Shown: positions 42,406-53,711 of the stretch, piece after piece | How the letters are laid out: each line of letters begins with the position of its first letter | Numbering within the stretch: the first letter of the stretch is position 1 | DNA from: Meyerozyma guilliermondii | Taxonomy: Eukaryota | DNA length: 64,000 nucleotides | Assembly: GCA_051546255.1 (NCBI GenBank) | Contig: CP128817.1 | Coordinates: 310,001 to 374,000, forward strand | Direction of reading: 5' to 3' | Position numbers and translations under genes: made by a program | The notes under the pieces: model-generated | The model's database searches: none | The model's input: only the letters and a program-made list of their open reading frames with translations | Told to the model about the DNA's origin: nothing

Positions 42406-45400
42406 TTAGTAATCCCCCTCTTCCTGCTTGCGTAGACTTTCCAACCGGTGGGCTATAATCTCGTCTACATTTTCACCGCTTCCGAATCTTCGCCCGATCT
42501 TGCTCAACATACCAGGATTGGAGTTAGCAATCTTAACCATTTTTCCACTGGGAAGTATGTCGTAATCTGACATGTCGAGGTCTCTATCGGCCACTCGTAT
42601 AGCTTCCCCTCCGCTACCCGGTGGAAGTTCCGTCGGATTGGGGTTGGTACCGGCTCTCTTTCGCTGAGAAGTTGACTCATTTAGTGAGATAAGTGTTTCT
42701 TCCTTCTCTTTTATATGCAATGGGTCCATATTGAACACTTTGCGAACCCTGTTGATACCCTTCACACACCATTTGCGCCAGATAGACAGTTCTTTTGGAT
42801 ATGTCCACCCAGGTGCTAGCTCTTTAATAGCCTTCTGCTCGAAAAGTCTTCTGAGATCGATATTCCTCTCGAATACTTGGAAGATTTGGTCATCTGACGG
42901 TCTAACTGAGAAGAGAAACACCTTCAAAAAGATATCAAACAAAAGTGGAATGGTGAATAAGATCAATAATCCGGCCCACCAGCTAGCGTCAGAGCCAAAA
43001 GTTAAGAGACCGTAAGCAACGAAAAAGATGGGCGAATCTTTTGACCGATACAAGAACATGATAAGCACATTCCACAAGCCATAACCTCCCACTGAGATTA
43101 TAAATGAGGCAAAAGCCAACCACTGCCGATTTTGCATCTCTATCAAGGTGATCTTGGCATTTATGATAATGGTCAACGCTGCAAACATCATGGTGCCCAA
43201 TGGTAACACGGAGTTGTCGTGTAGCGCAGTGAAGCCCCATATATACCACGAGATGAACGATATTCCAACACTTTGGAAAGCAGCCAAGAACATCCAAGCG
43301 ACGAAAACTCTCAAATTGAATGCACGATACTCCCTGCCTTTGGCATACAATTCGGGAACTGCAATCAATGTTGCAGGCTTGAGGTCCTTGTCAAACATGC
43401 CGATACATAAAATGGGAAGGGAAGTAAACAAGGTATTGAACATGGACAAAGACCAACTTTCGTACAATGATGAGCCCGAAAACAACGTGTTTCGTTGATA
43501 AAGTGCCTGCGTCAAATAGAAGAGTAGCTCTTTGTAGAAGGTACAAAGAACAAACTTGGAAGTTCTGACGTAGTTGTATCGACCATGAACTAGAAGCAAC
43601 TTGAGCAAGAACCGGAATTGAGCTATTGCATAATCGGCCGATCTGGCTGCTTGAAGACCTTCCTTTCCAGTAATTCCAACTCCTATATCGGCACTTTGGA
43701 TCATTGCAATGTCATTTGCTCCATCGCCAATTGCCAAAGTCACAGCTCGCTTGTTCAAATCCCGAACCGAACTCACCATGCTTGCCTTTTGCGACGGAGA
43801 TGCTCGACAGCAAATTGTAGAGTCGGCAAGAACACAAAGCTCAAAAAAGAGTGTCATGATTGTACTGTCTGATTCAAGTTCTCCCAAAGTAGCGCCGTCA
43901 ATAACCAAGACAAAATGTGCCACTCTGCCTGCTTGTATTTCTGAGGTAGCGGACGTGATTCTCTGCACGATCGTATCTCGAGGCTCATCATTGGACAAAA
44001 CGACCACCGTAGAGTAGTCCTTGATGAGCCTGCAAGAGTATCCTATATTGATTGCCGTTTCTCTCTTATCACCTGTTAGCATCCAGAGCTTTATTCCGGC
44101 TCTTCTTAGTTTCTCGATAGCTTCGCTCACACCATCTTGTAGTTTATCTTCAATAGCAGTGGCTCCTAATAGTTCTAGATCATACTCGATTTCGCCTCCA
44201 ACCTCTTCCACAAGTGCAGCTCTATCTGTTAACGCAGTTTTGGCCGATGCATACTTGTCGGCCCACGTCTCATATTCTTTTTCGTCGAGCCATTTGAAGG
44301 AATACATAAGCGTACGCAAGCCTTCAGTCGAAAATTCCTCTATATGCTGCAAAGTACGTTCTGCAACGTATTCCTCATGAAGTACTAGCCTGTCATTAGG
44401 AACTGAGAATGCTTGGTTGTCGGTACTGCTGTCAGTATTCGCAGTCTGTTCATTATTCGCTCTCAGCATGTCTAAGCTGTACTTTTTCACTTGCTGGTTG
44501 TGTAATGATTTTCGGTGCTGAGATGCTACTTCAGTTAATTCTCCTTCGTCTTTGTTCAGTAAGAAGTTATCAATTGAGTTCATGGTTCTGGCCCGCTCCT
44601 GTCCATCTCGCAAGCTATCAAAACTTAATCGTTGTCGTAGAGAACTCAACGATTTTCTTGATTCTAATTCGTTTGAAAATCGCGACTGCAAAACGATATC
44701 TGCCTCCATGATTTTTCTGTCAGCTGAGTTTTGAGAGATCTCTTTGGCTTTTTGTTGGACCATCTGGCTATTTTTCAACTTTTCAATGATGATATTGTCG
44801 GCACCTTTACAAAGTAAGCAGATCCGCTGGTCAGGGAATCTCACAATGGCAGACATTCGTTTCCGTGACGATGTGAATTCAACAATGTTGAGCACTTCGT
44901 ATGTTTCTAGCCTTGCATCGTTTTCAAAGCCCATTGGATAAGTCTTAATTGTAAGCGTATTTGCTTGTTTGTCGAAGACTACATACCCCAAGTCCCTTGC
45001 AGCTTTCACAAGAGCAAGCTCGTCGGGGGACGCTGCTTGGTACTCGATAGAACCATCACTATTATTGGTGGGTATTTCTGATATGTCTTCCATGGAACTG
45101 TTGCGACTAGAATTAGAAGATTCGGTTGCACTGCTTCGTGGTAAACAGGTATTACAAAGTGCAATACTCAATAAAAAGAATTTGACCTTCTTTGAAAAAA
45201 TGGTATTTGGGTTCAATTGGAGATGTTTGAGAAGCTGAAGTGAAGTCTTGTACTCTTGGTTTTCGTTAGGATTTGCTGTGGAGCGATAGGATGTGTGAGA
45301 ATTGAGAGACACAACATCCATGCTCGTTCTAGCTCTTTCTGCGCTCGATGGTTGATGGTCACTTGGCTCAATGGCGTCTTGGTTTGCTAACAAGTCCAAG

Positions 45401-47307
45401 TTGTGGAGCCAGCTTTCACCGCAAACACTAAATTTTCTAAACTCCATTTTGTTGTCTGTGAGAGTACCTGTTTTATCTGTAAAGACAAAACTTACCTGGC
45501 CCAATTCCTCCAAGATTGTTGCTGTCTTCGCATCTGCTGGCGTATTAGATTCAGCATGATACATATCGATATCAAACTGCAAGAAAAGAAGTTGCATCAC
45601 CTTGATAATTTCCATAGTCACATACAATGAAAGTGGGATCAATGTGTTGTACATGATGATGAAACCCATTAAAGTTGGAGCAACTCCAGCATCTTGTCCA
45701 AATAAGTACCAGTCGCTGACTTTATGCCAGTCATACATAAGACGTTGTGCCATCATGGAAAAACAGGATAACATTAGTACCACAAACACCATAAAAATGA
45801 CAATGTAGTTGATATTACGCTGAAGCTTAGGTGCCTTCGTGCGTGGTCTCTTGATGTTGTTCATTCGTATTTTTGTTTCTTCGCCTGTGAATATTACCAC
45901 ACCAATAACAGACTTGGTGTTGCGCAAAATACTTCCTCGATAAGCAACGTTGTCCAGCCCCAAAGCGTACATTGTTCCATCTTTTTGAAACCTTCCTTCG
46001 AAATTGTAAAGGTCTGTGTTGGGATCCTCAACGGTGATAATGCTTTTGTTATTTTTAAGTCCTGGGACAGATGAATATATGCTTTCAAGCTCTGGATGAG
46101 GTGCCTTAGGCTTAAGGTTGGTTTCACCATCTAATGCCATCGTTTCTACGAACGCTTCGTTCGTTTTTTCGCTGGTCGATAAGAGGACTACATCAGCTGG
46201 AAACCATTCATCTTCTCGTACTTTTACGAAATCGCCAACCTTGAGATGTTTCCAGGGGGTCTTTGTCTCCTTCAAATTGTAGCGCTTCATGGCCTGGCGC
46301 CGGGTATAGTGCATTTCTTCTTGCTCATTAGAGTTCACGGGTGTTATTTGATTGGATCTAAGAGCCGAGTTTAATGGAGGTACTTGCATGGTTTCTGTCA
46401 TAATGGTGGTGACTGAGTGTGTATCGAACGATGAAAGATCTTTGTCTTCCTCTATGATGGTGGTAAACTTGTTGTTTTCTTCTTTGTCGTGGCCGTGACG
46501 CTTCCAGTCGTCGAAGCCTTCTCTTGCAATCGAAATCGACATGAAGATTAACAAGGGAACAATCGTGGTGAACTTACCGGTCGTGGACCATGATGGAATC
46601 ATCTGCATTATTGCCACTACCATGAAGTAGCAATTTGCAATTTTGGAAAACTGCGCTTTGAGCTGTAAGGGCAAAAAGGTATAGATGTTGTATTTGGATG
46701 AAGTTATGAGATTTGAGCAGTATGGTTCACCACTTCTTTCATCCAAGTATGACTTGTTGTAAGTGTCGTAGAATTCTTGCAGAAAGTAGGAGTTGGCGTC
46801 ACTCTTGTTAAGACTCAAAGGAATAATACGACCATTTTCGGTGGGTTGTAGATCGTTCTGTCCAAGAATGCGTTTTATGAATTTGTAGAATCGATTGCGT
46901 CGGCGGTACCGAGGGCCAGGACCTAGGTATGTGTTGGAGCCGATCGAGGTGAGGTCAGAACGGGAAGAAGCATAGGTTAGTTGGGTGGTAGATCTGCTCA
47001 TGTTGGAGTTGAGAGTGTTATATGGTTGGTAGTCTTTAAGTTCCTCATCGTCGTGGATGATATTTATATGAGGAGTTGTGTTTGGTCCACTGTTTTCCTC
47101 CATGACATCGAGCTCTATGTTTTGGATCAGACCATCGCTATTTTTCAGTGATCTATTATTAGACTTTGGATCATCGTTGATATCAGTATGTGTCCAAAGT
47201 GATTTGTTGAGAAGCTGAGAACGAAGTGATAGGCCTCTCTTTCTTTTCACATTCGCCGGTACAGGAAGCAGTAGCGAATCACCGCTGGTTGCGCCATTGA
47301 AAGACAT
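42406..47307 (-). CDS. DNF3: P4-ATPase phospholipid flippase
   Basis: DGETNLK, IPLSL, DKTGTLT and GDGAND motifs. Dnf3-type N-terminus (GLSLRSQL, DERSG.PY). Confidence 0.9.
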   Translation of the reverse strand: MSFNGATSGDSLLLPVPANVKRKRGLSLRSQLLNKSLWTHTDINDDPKSNNRSLKNSDGLIQNIELDVMEENSGPNTTPHINIIHDDEELKDYQPYNTLNSNMSRSTTQLTYASSRSDLTSIGSNTYLGPGPRYRRRNRFYKFIKRILGQNDLQPTENGRIIPLSLNKSDANSYFLQEFYDTYNKSYLDERSGEPYCSNLITSSKYNIYTFLPLQLKAQFSKIANCYFMVVAIMQMIPSWSTTGKFTTIVPLLIFMSISIAREGFDDWKRHGHDKEENNKFTTIIEEDKDLSSFDTHSVTTIMTETMQVPPLNSALRSNQITPVNSNEQEEMHYTRRQAMKRYNLKETKTPWKHLKVGDFVKVREDEWFPADVVLLSTSEKTNEAFVETMALDGETNLKPKAPHPELESIYSSVPGLKNNKSIITVEDPNTDLYNFEGRFQKDGTMYALGLDNVAYRGSILRNTKSVIGVVIFTGEETKIRMNNIKRPRTKAPKLQRNINYIVIFMVFVVLMLSCFSMMAQRLMYDWHKVSDWYLFGQDAGVAPTLMGFIIMYNTLIPLSLYVTMEIIKVMQLLFLQFDIDMYHAESNTPADAKTATILEELGQVSFVFTDKTGTLTDNKMEFRKFSVCGESWLHNLDLLANQDAIEPSDHQPSSAERARTSMDVVSLNSHTSYRSTANPNENQEYKTSLQLLKHLQLNPNTIFSKKVKFFLLSIALCNTCLPRSSATESSNSSRNSSMEDISEIPTNNSDGSIEYQAASPDELALVKAARDLGYVVFDKQANTLTIKTYPMGFENDARLETYEVLNIVEFTSSRKRMSAIVRFPDQRICLLCKGADNIIIEKLKNSQMVQQKAKEISQNSADRKIMEADIVLQSRFSNELESRKSLSSLRQRLSFDSLRDGQERARTMNSIDNFLLNKDEGELTEVASQHRKSLHNQQVKKYSLDMLRANNEQTANTDSSTDNQAFSVPNDRLVLHEEYVAERTLQHIEEFSTEGLRTLMYSFKWLDEKEYETWADKYASAKTALTDRAALVEEVGGEIEYDLELLGATAIEDKLQDGVSEAIEKLRRAGIKLWMLTGDKRETAINIGYSCRLIKDYSTVVVLSNDEPRDTIVQRITSATSEIQAGRVAHFVLVIDGATLGELESDSTIMTLFFELCVLADSTICCRASPSQKASMVSSVRDLNKRAVTLAIGDGANDIAMIQSADIGVGITGKEGLQAARSADYAIAQFRFLLKLLLVHGRYNYVRTSKFVLCTFYKELLFYLTQALYQRNTLFSGSSLYESWSLSMFNTLFTSLPILCIGMFDKDLKPATLIAVPELYAKGREYRAFNLRVFVAWMFLAAFQSVGISFISWYIWGFTALHDNSVLPLGTMMFAALTIIINAKITLIEMQNRQWLAFASFIISVGGYGLWNVLIMFLYRSKDSPIFFVAYGLLTFGSDASWWAGLLILFTIPLLFDIFLKVFLFSVRPSDDQIFQVFERNIDLRRLFEQKAIKELAPGWTYPKELSIWRKWCVKGINRVRKVFNMDPLHIKEKEETLISLNESTSQRKRAGTNPNPTELPPGSGGEAIRVADRDLDMSDYDILPSGKMVKIANSNPGMLSKIGRRFGSGENVDEIIAHRLESLRKQEEGDY

Positions 47308-47475
47308 TCCCGAATTAATAACTCGGTGTGATCTGTTGTGTCAACAATTTGTTCGACCCATCCTACCACCGGTACTGCGAGGCGCAGGGCGCGCAGGGCG
47401 ATGGTAAGACTGAGCCAGGCACGTCGGCAGATATACGAAATGTTAATTAGTATGTTATTTATAGCTGTTGTTATG

Positions 47476-48747
47476 CTACACTTGCATGGTAGCACGCACT
47501 TTTCCTACACAGTAATCCTTGTACTCTTGAACGTAGCCAGCATGGTTCAACTCTACCTCTCCTGCTAGCTCGGAAACGATGTCTTCGGATCCACCAACAA
47601 GTACCATTCCCCTTGGGATACTTGCAAGGTCTGGGAGGGGTTCTACAAGCAGTCCGTTGTAGATCAAGTTCATAATGTTGTTGGCAACTTGCCGGCCCAT
47701 GTACATGGCCCAGCCAGCAGACTTGATGATGGGAAGTTCCACCAAATCTCCGAGCACAAAGAAGTGAGGTACGGTTTGTTTGGTTGGCTCATGGAAGAGC
47801 TGAAGGTAATTGTTGATGGTGATATCGTGCTTTTCTGTGACATATGTCTTCTGGAGCTCTGGGGATAGAAACTCATAATTGTTACGGTGATAATTGCACC
47901 AGAAATTGTAGGATGATTTTATGGTCTCGCCGTTAGTGGTGATCAAATCACCATTTTCCAATTCTTCTTTGACACGAACGTTTTCTCTCACTTCAACTCC
48001 ACCCCGAACGAGTGAGTCGTATATCATTTTTTTGAAATCGTCCTTTAAAGGTTCTGGAGGAAACAATGCGTGAGCATGAATGAGTCGGACGGTTTTATTT
48101 GGAAATTTGTGCTTAATATCACCAGCCATCTCTATACCTACCGCTCCAGCGCCAATTATGGTCACAATATCATGGTTCAAAAACTGTTCTCTGGCGTGGT
48201 TCATTTCTTTTGCATAGTAATCCATGGTGTATGCCTTGGGAGTGGTGGGCCACGAACGGTCTCTTCCAGTAGCCATTACGACATAATCAAAGTCTATGGT
48301 ACTTTCCTCGGTGCTTTGCGTGTGTTCGTCTACTAGCTCATATTTTGCAGTGTTCACGTCTAGGTTGGTGACCTTTCCATGGATATAGTTGAGTGTAATG
48401 CCGTAGTATTTGTTGGGTTTGTGGCCCTCCAGATCGTTGTTAGCGCATTCGTCCATCATTTTCACGAGGATTTCGTCCTTGCTCAACGTGCTATCAAAGC
48501 TCAAGTCGTGAAGCTTATCGAATGGAATGTATTGGCTTCGAGCAAAGTCGTTGTCCACTATAGCCTTGGGAATTCCGATGACATTGAGCAATCCGCTTCG
48601 AGGCTCCACAAGCGTGATCGAGATTCCTTGACTATTTTCTCCATTTCCTTGTGGAAACCTAGCTCTCGCTTGGAGAAGAAAACTCTTGACTGCTGAGAGG
48701 CCAGCGTACGAGCCCCCGACCACCAACACGTTGGTTTTAAAAGACAT
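47476..48747 (-). CDS. AIF/AMID-like FAD-dependent pyridine nucleotide-disulphide oxidoreductase
   Basis: VVGGSYAG, VMATG, IIGAGAVGIEMAGDIK and FVLGD motifs. TATAAAA sits 5 nt before ATG 48810, so ATG 48747 is the likelier start. Confidence 0.82.
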   Translation of the reverse strand: MSFKTNVLVVGGSYAGLSAVKSFLLQARARFPQGNGENSQGISITLVEPRSGLLNVIGIPKAIVDNDFARSQYIPFDKLHDLSFDSTLSKDEILVKMMDECANNDLEGHKPNKYYGITLNYIHGKVTNLDVNTAKYELVDEHTQSTEESTIDFDYVVMATGRDRSWPTTPKAYTMDYYAKEMNHAREQFLNHDIVTIIGAGAVGIEMAGDIKHKFPNKTVRLIHAHALFPPEPLKDDFKKMIYDSLVRGGVEVRENVRVKEELENGDLITTNGETIKSSYNFWCNYHRNNYEFLSPELQKTYVTEKHDITINNYLQLFHEPTKQTVPHFFVLGDLVELPIIKSAGWAMYMGRQVANNIMNLIYNGLLVEPLPDLASIPRGMVLVGGSEDIVSELAGEVELNHAGYVQEYKDYCVGKVRATMQV

Positions 48748-49405
48748 AGCTTTGCATGCTGAATTAAATGCCGTGGGTATAATCATGCTGCGTCGATCTT
48801 GGGAGGACATGGTGCTTTTATAGTGCTATGCACGTTCGGGAGGTAAGAGTTCGGGATCGGGATCGGGAGTGAAAAAAAAACGAATGCTGCGATCTCAAAA
48901 ATTTATTACAAAAACGGAATTGCGAGATCGGCTTCCACTAGATGATAACTCAGGGTTAGAAGATTTAGTTCTTGAAGCGAGAGCTTGGTTTGTATAGTAT
49001 CAATAGGGTGACTAATTGATTAATATACCAGTTGTACGAACTTTTCTCGGCCCTGAACGCGCTGTTGCAAATAACTGATTGTCTAGATAAAACTAAGCCT
49101 CTCCTGCTTTCATCGCTATCGAAAAAATCTATTGTGCGGGTAATGAGGAAACCCGAACCGGACCGGAATGCGGAGGCTGCACGAAATGCAGATATTGCAA
49201 AATTGGGGCAATATGTTAAATGTGTAAAATCAAGAAAAAATCACGAATGGAACATTCCACGATTTAAAACCAGCCTATTAGAAATGGATGGTCCATAATT
49301 TATTGCTCCTAGTCACTGCTTCCTTCTCCTATTATTTGCACTCTAGACTACAAGCTGGTGTACTGGTGTCAATACAAGAACGCGATTTTAAAGCAGTTCA
49401 AGAAC

Positions 49406-51712
49406 ATGTCTGATAGTTTTGGCCGTCATAAATCCACCCGGTGGGCAAACGCCAGCGTGCCCAGCTATGGTGAGGAGTGGGATGGCGATGATTACGACTA
49501 CGATTATGGATCCAACGACGATAAATCTCACTCTTCCGAACCTGCTGTGGACGCTCAAGATCCCTCCCCAAATTCAGATCTTGTTCTTTCTATTGACCAA
49601 ATTCATAGAGAAGAAGACTCTGACTTAGGCTCAGACTCAGACGTGTCTCTTGAGACTCCCAAGCTTTCCCTGACTTCGCTTCCAAGAGGCAGTGATAGTG
49701 ATTTTGACTTTCATGGAAAACCGTCCGTCGCTCCAATTGATACATCCAGAAATCCAGAAAAGACAGAAACAGAGAAGATTGTACACGGCGAGGATGATAT
49801 TCCCGCGCAACATGTAGTTTCAACCAGAGCAATCGATGACGTGATGGTGCCTCCGACACCAACGTTTTCAACTCATAAGGAACCAGACACTCCACGAAGT
49901 GAAAGCAGCTTCCAATCGGACGCCGACTCCATTCAGTACGAGCCAAAGGATTTGAATATTCGTGGGCCCGAGAAAGAGATCGATGTCACCGGCGATGCAT
50001 ACGAGAACGAGCACCAGTCACAATCTAGTACTGAATCGGCTGCTCAAGATTCAGCTTTATCTTCTTCCCAAACTGAATCTGAACACTTGGTGCTGTCGTC
50101 ACCGGTAACGGCTGCTCACACAGAACCTCTCGTGCTCACTATTGATAGGGAACAAAGCTCTACAGATTCAGATACTTCTACAATCGAAGATGTTGATGAG
50201 AGGAACACTCACGATCAAAGATCGTCGCGTGATATTAACGAAGATGATGACAATCCTCTTGATTCATTGATATATGATCTCCAGTCTGCCACCACGAATG
50301 ATAAAGGTCGTCTACCCACATTGGACTCGCTTCAAGACATCAAACTCCCCGATTTCGAAAATACCTCATTCGGTCATTTGAAGGAATACGAAGTAGAATC
50401 CCCATCCACTCCAACAGCCCCACTTGACATGTCCAGATCACATCAGGAATATGTAAAAGCGCAAACTCCCAGAAAGTCATCAGTAAGAAAGGCGCCTCGG
50501 ACTGAGCTAATGTCCGTTGACTATTCGAATATAGCAGATGCTGTCAGTGGTTACATGAGCGATGGCCGTCCTGAAAGCTTGAGGAAAGAGCTGTTTGTCA
50601 ATCCAATTGTGGAGGACGATAGCTCTCCAGAGGCAGACGAAGAGCACGACCAAAGTGACCTTGAATCGCGTGACTTGCATCCAGTAGTTTCGAGTGGGTC
50701 TTTGTCAACTGGAAAGCTTTCCTTAGCCTCTTCCATCCAGCCATCCAAGAATGAGTCCAAAGAAGACGTTTCGCGACGAGTCTCAACCTCTACAATCAAT
50801 ATGGGTGGATGGAAGCCTAATACCAACAATTACAGAGATCAATTCATTAATGACATTGATAATGAGTCGGTGGTAAATTTTAATGCCCAAGGCAATGATG
50901 GTTACCGTCAGTTTACAAACTTGAGGAACAGTCTGGGAGGCAGTGGATTTGATTCTGTAGCAGAGACACAATCCAATGCTAGCTCGCTTTCAATTCCCGA
51001 AACCATCGATGCAGCCTTACCCAGTATTCAAGAAGATGACGACCATGACTCCAGCTTTGGAAAGAGTACCGAGGAGGCTGCCCCCGAAGAATCGTCAACC
51101 TTTGAATCACACTCTACTTTTGATACCGTCTTTAAGCCTCATGACCATGTCCAAAACTTTAAGGAACTGCTCACCCCCACATCATCCTCCGCAGAATTGC
51201 CTCGTGAAAAGCAAAGGTACTCTAGTTTATTGGGAGACTCAAGCACGCTTGATGATGCATCTACCAGAAAACCATCAACCGAAATTGTCGACTCAGAATC
51301 AGATGCAACTGTCGCGGCCGTAGGATCTCCGGTCTCAGAACCTAGCACTGTGATACGGAAAAAATCGCTGCAAAAACCACTGTACAATTGGAACAACATT
51401 ATATCCAAATCACAACCTATTGACCGCATAGCATTATTCAAGGAAGCTTTGAAGAAGGAGAATGAGTATGACTCTGGCTTACGAGAATGGCTACAGGAGG
51501 CATTGAAACAAGTGGAAAACTCGCCAAACATGCATATTGGAAAAATCGCATCGCAAGCGTATCAAAATGCACCTCACAATGAATTGAGACGACACACTTC
51601 TCTCAGAAGCAAGGTTTCAAGTGTTAGAGATAAAGTGGAAACTTCAGGATTACAGGCGTCTACTTTAGGAAAGAGATTCTTGAACAGAGGTAAGAAGTTG
51701 ATGAAAGGCTAG
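49406..51712 (+). CDS. FYV8: Fyv8-like Ser/Asp-rich disordered protein
   Basis: N-terminal GRHKSTRWANASVPSYGEEWD motif and C-terminal YDSGLREWL. YPP1 is nearby, as in S. cerevisiae. ATG at 49406. Confidence 0.72.
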   Translation: MSDSFGRHKSTRWANASVPSYGEEWDGDDYDYDYGSNDDKSHSSEPAVDAQDPSPNSDLVLSIDQIHREEDSDLGSDSDVSLETPKLSLTSLPRGSDSDFDFHGKPSVAPIDTSRNPEKTETEKIVHGEDDIPAQHVVSTRAIDDVMVPPTPTFSTHKEPDTPRSESSFQSDADSIQYEPKDLNIRGPEKEIDVTGDAYENEHQSQSSTESAAQDSALSSSQTESEHLVLSSPVTAAHTEPLVLTIDREQSSTDSDTSTIEDVDERNTHDQRSSRDINEDDDNPLDSLIYDLQSATTNDKGRLPTLDSLQDIKLPDFENTSFGHLKEYEVESPSTPTAPLDMSRSHQEYVKAQTPRKSSVRKAPRTELMSVDYSNIADAVSGYMSDGRPESLRKELFVNPIVEDDSSPEADEEHDQSDLESRDLHPVVSSGSLSTGKLSLASSIQPSKNESKEDVSRRVSTSTINMGGWKPNTNNYRDQFINDIDNESVVNFNAQGNDGYRQFTNLRNSLGGSGFDSVAETQSNASSLSIPETIDAALPSIQEDDDHDSSFGKSTEEAAPEESSTFESHSTFDTVFKPHDHVQNFKELLTPTSSSAELPREKQRYSSLLGDSSTLDDASTRKPSTEIVDSESDATVAAVGSPVSEPSTVIRKKSLQKPLYNWNNIISKSQPIDRIALFKEALKKENEYDSGLREWLQEALKQVENSPNMHIGKIASQAYQNAPHNELRRHTSLRSKVSSVRDKVETSGLQASTLGKRFLNRGKKLMKG

Positions 51713-51773
51713 TTGTTAGCGTTATCTATGAGGTGTGTGGATGTGGAACCCCACACATGTGAATATTTGAAAT

Positions 51774-53711
51774 ATGACCCAGCCTTTACAAATACATGTG
51801 GGTATAATGAAACGTGGCGTGACGGAAACATTTATGCTACCTATCATAAAGCTAGTTGTACAATACACACCACAACCCATATGGACAATAATTGATTTTA
51901 TTATAGACCTTTTTACCTTCTGGTTACGAAGCATGTATGGCTTTTACCACCGTGAGGACCCCTTAAAAGACCTTTTAGATGAAATAAAGAATGTCCAGAC
52001 ATACAGTGAATGGAAGAATAAGGTGATGAAGATCGACAAGCTTACCAATATGGACTTGTGGAGGCAAGACTTAATCTCAAAACATTACGATTATATTCTT
52101 GTGAATGAACGATTAAAGCTGTTGCGAGCAACCAGGTTCGACCAAGATTCACAACTTATTATGTCGCTTTTACGTTCGGGTCTAGTGAGGAACTTTGGAG
52201 GAATTGCCCAGAAAAGACTTTTCACCAAGGCGTATCTCGGAACTAAACATAATATCGAGGAGTATATTGAAGAGGTTCTAGAATGCTTGAACTATCTCAA
52301 CGAATCTATAAATACCCCATCCGATCGTGAAAATGTGGAATATATCATGAATAGTAAGCAGCTCAAGCTCGACTTTTTCCATGATGTACGCCAGTCGTTC
52401 GGTTGCACAGCATTGGTTCTCCAAGGTGGATCTTTGTTTGGCTTGTGCCATTTGGGTGTGGTGAAAGCACTATATTTTAAGGGATTGCTTCCACGAATTA
52501 TAGGGGGTTCAGCGGTTGGTGCTGCTGTAGCTTCCCTTGTATGCACTTTGACCGATGAAGAGCTAATTCCTATTCTCATATCCATCCAAGATGCCATGGG
52601 TGATGTAGACAGATTGAACCACGATGTTGATGAACGTTATGGCAATGTCATCGAAAATGTGGTCAAGAAGGGATACTCACAGGACATTTTGGTGTTTCTC
52701 AAGTTTGTTCGGGACACCATTGGTGATTTAACTTTTGAAGAAGCATACCTCAAGACTGAAAAAGTATTGAACATTGTTGTGCATCCTTCGCATAGTTCGG
52801 TGCCTTCATTGTTAAATTACATCACCTCTCCAAATGTGATCATATGGACCGCTATCTATGCCTCTATTGGTACTGGTGTCTTATCAGATAACGTACAGTT
52901 ATATGTGAAAGACTTCAACAATAATATTGTACCAAAAGAGCCTAATATTCCCATAAAATTCATGAAGCCACAAGATGTCAGTTACTCGCAACAATACTTT
53001 AGAGGTTTCAAGAAAAACGACCATTCAGATATGGAAAGGTCTGATGGAAGTCGTCAAAACCTGAAGGTAGAATCTCCCTACACACGTCTTACCGAGCTAT
53101 TCAATGTTAATCATTTTATTAATAGTTTGGCCCGGCCTTATTTGGCACCTTTGATAAGCAATGATCTCAAGCATTACCATTCATATGGAAAAGTTCGATA
53201 CAATTTCAAAAGCTTAGAAGTGGATACTAATAACGATGATGAGGCCGATGTTACCTTTGGCTACTTAATGGACGAACCACAACAATCAAAGAGCTTTGTC
53301 ATTGACAAGAGAAAATCATTTTTGGCTGATCCAGAATCTTACACTAAAGACACTTCAATCAATTTGTTTAAAAATTTGAAGAACATTTTAGGTTTGGAAC
53401 TTCAGCATAGGCTTGAGGTGATGAACAAATTAGGCATTCTCTCAGATGTCATCAAGAGATTCTGTATTGACGAGAAGCCGGCAGTAGCCCCTTCTTTAGC
53501 AGGAATTAGAGAAGTATCCATTGTTCCGGAACTTCGTTATTTATTGAGAGACTTCGGACGAGTGTTCGATGTCCACAAAACTATGGAAAATATTCCTTAT
53601 TGGGTGCTCGTTGGTGAGCGTTCGGTGTGGCCCTTGTTCCCATTATTGTGGGTTCGTTGTTCCATCGAGTTCACCTTGGACGATTTGTATAATCTGCACA
53701 GGAAGAAATAA
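51774..53711 (+). CDS. TGL3: Patatin-family triacylglycerol lipase homologue (start may be ATG 51834)
   Basis: DUF3336 region, LQGGSLFGLCHLG, TFEEAY and RLTELFNVNHF motifs. Convergent with ELP6, as in S. cerevisiae. Confidence 0.9.
   Translation: MTQPLQIHVGIMKRGVTETFMLPIIKLVVQYTPQPIWTIIDFIIDLFTFWLRSMYGFYHREDPLKDLLDEIKNVQTYSEWKNKVMKIDKLTNMDLWRQDLISKHYDYILVNERLKLLRATRFDQDSQLIMSLLRSGLVRNFGGIAQKRLFTKAYLGTKHNIEEYIEEVLECLNYLNESINTPSDRENVEYIMNSKQLKLDFFHDVRQSFGCTALVLQGGSLFGLCHLGVVKALYFKGLLPRIIGGSAVGAAVASLVCTLTDEELIPILISIQDAMGDVDRLNHDVDERYGNVIENVVKKGYSQDILVFLKFVRDTIGDLTFEEAYLKTEKVLNIVVHPSHSSVPSLLNYITSPNVIIWTAIYASIGTGVLSDNVQLYVKDFNNNIVPKEPNIPIKFMKPQDVSYSQQYFRGFKKNDHSDMERSDGSRQNLKVESPYTRLTELFNVNHFINSLARPYLAPLISNDLKHYHSYGKVRYNFKSLEVDTNNDDEADVTFGYLMDEPQQSKSFVIDKRKSFLADPESYTKDTSINLFKNLKNILGLELQHRLEVMNKLGILSDVIKRFCIDEKPAVAPSLAGIREVSIVPELRYLLRDFGRVFDVHKTMENIPYWVLVGERSVWPLFPLLWVRCSIEFTLDDLYNLHRKK

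Noticed and set aside
37530..48747. L2HGDH, DAO and AIF-like flavoenzymes as a metabolic cluster
   Set aside because: They are interspersed with unrelated housekeeping genes, and no shared pathway or regulator is evident.
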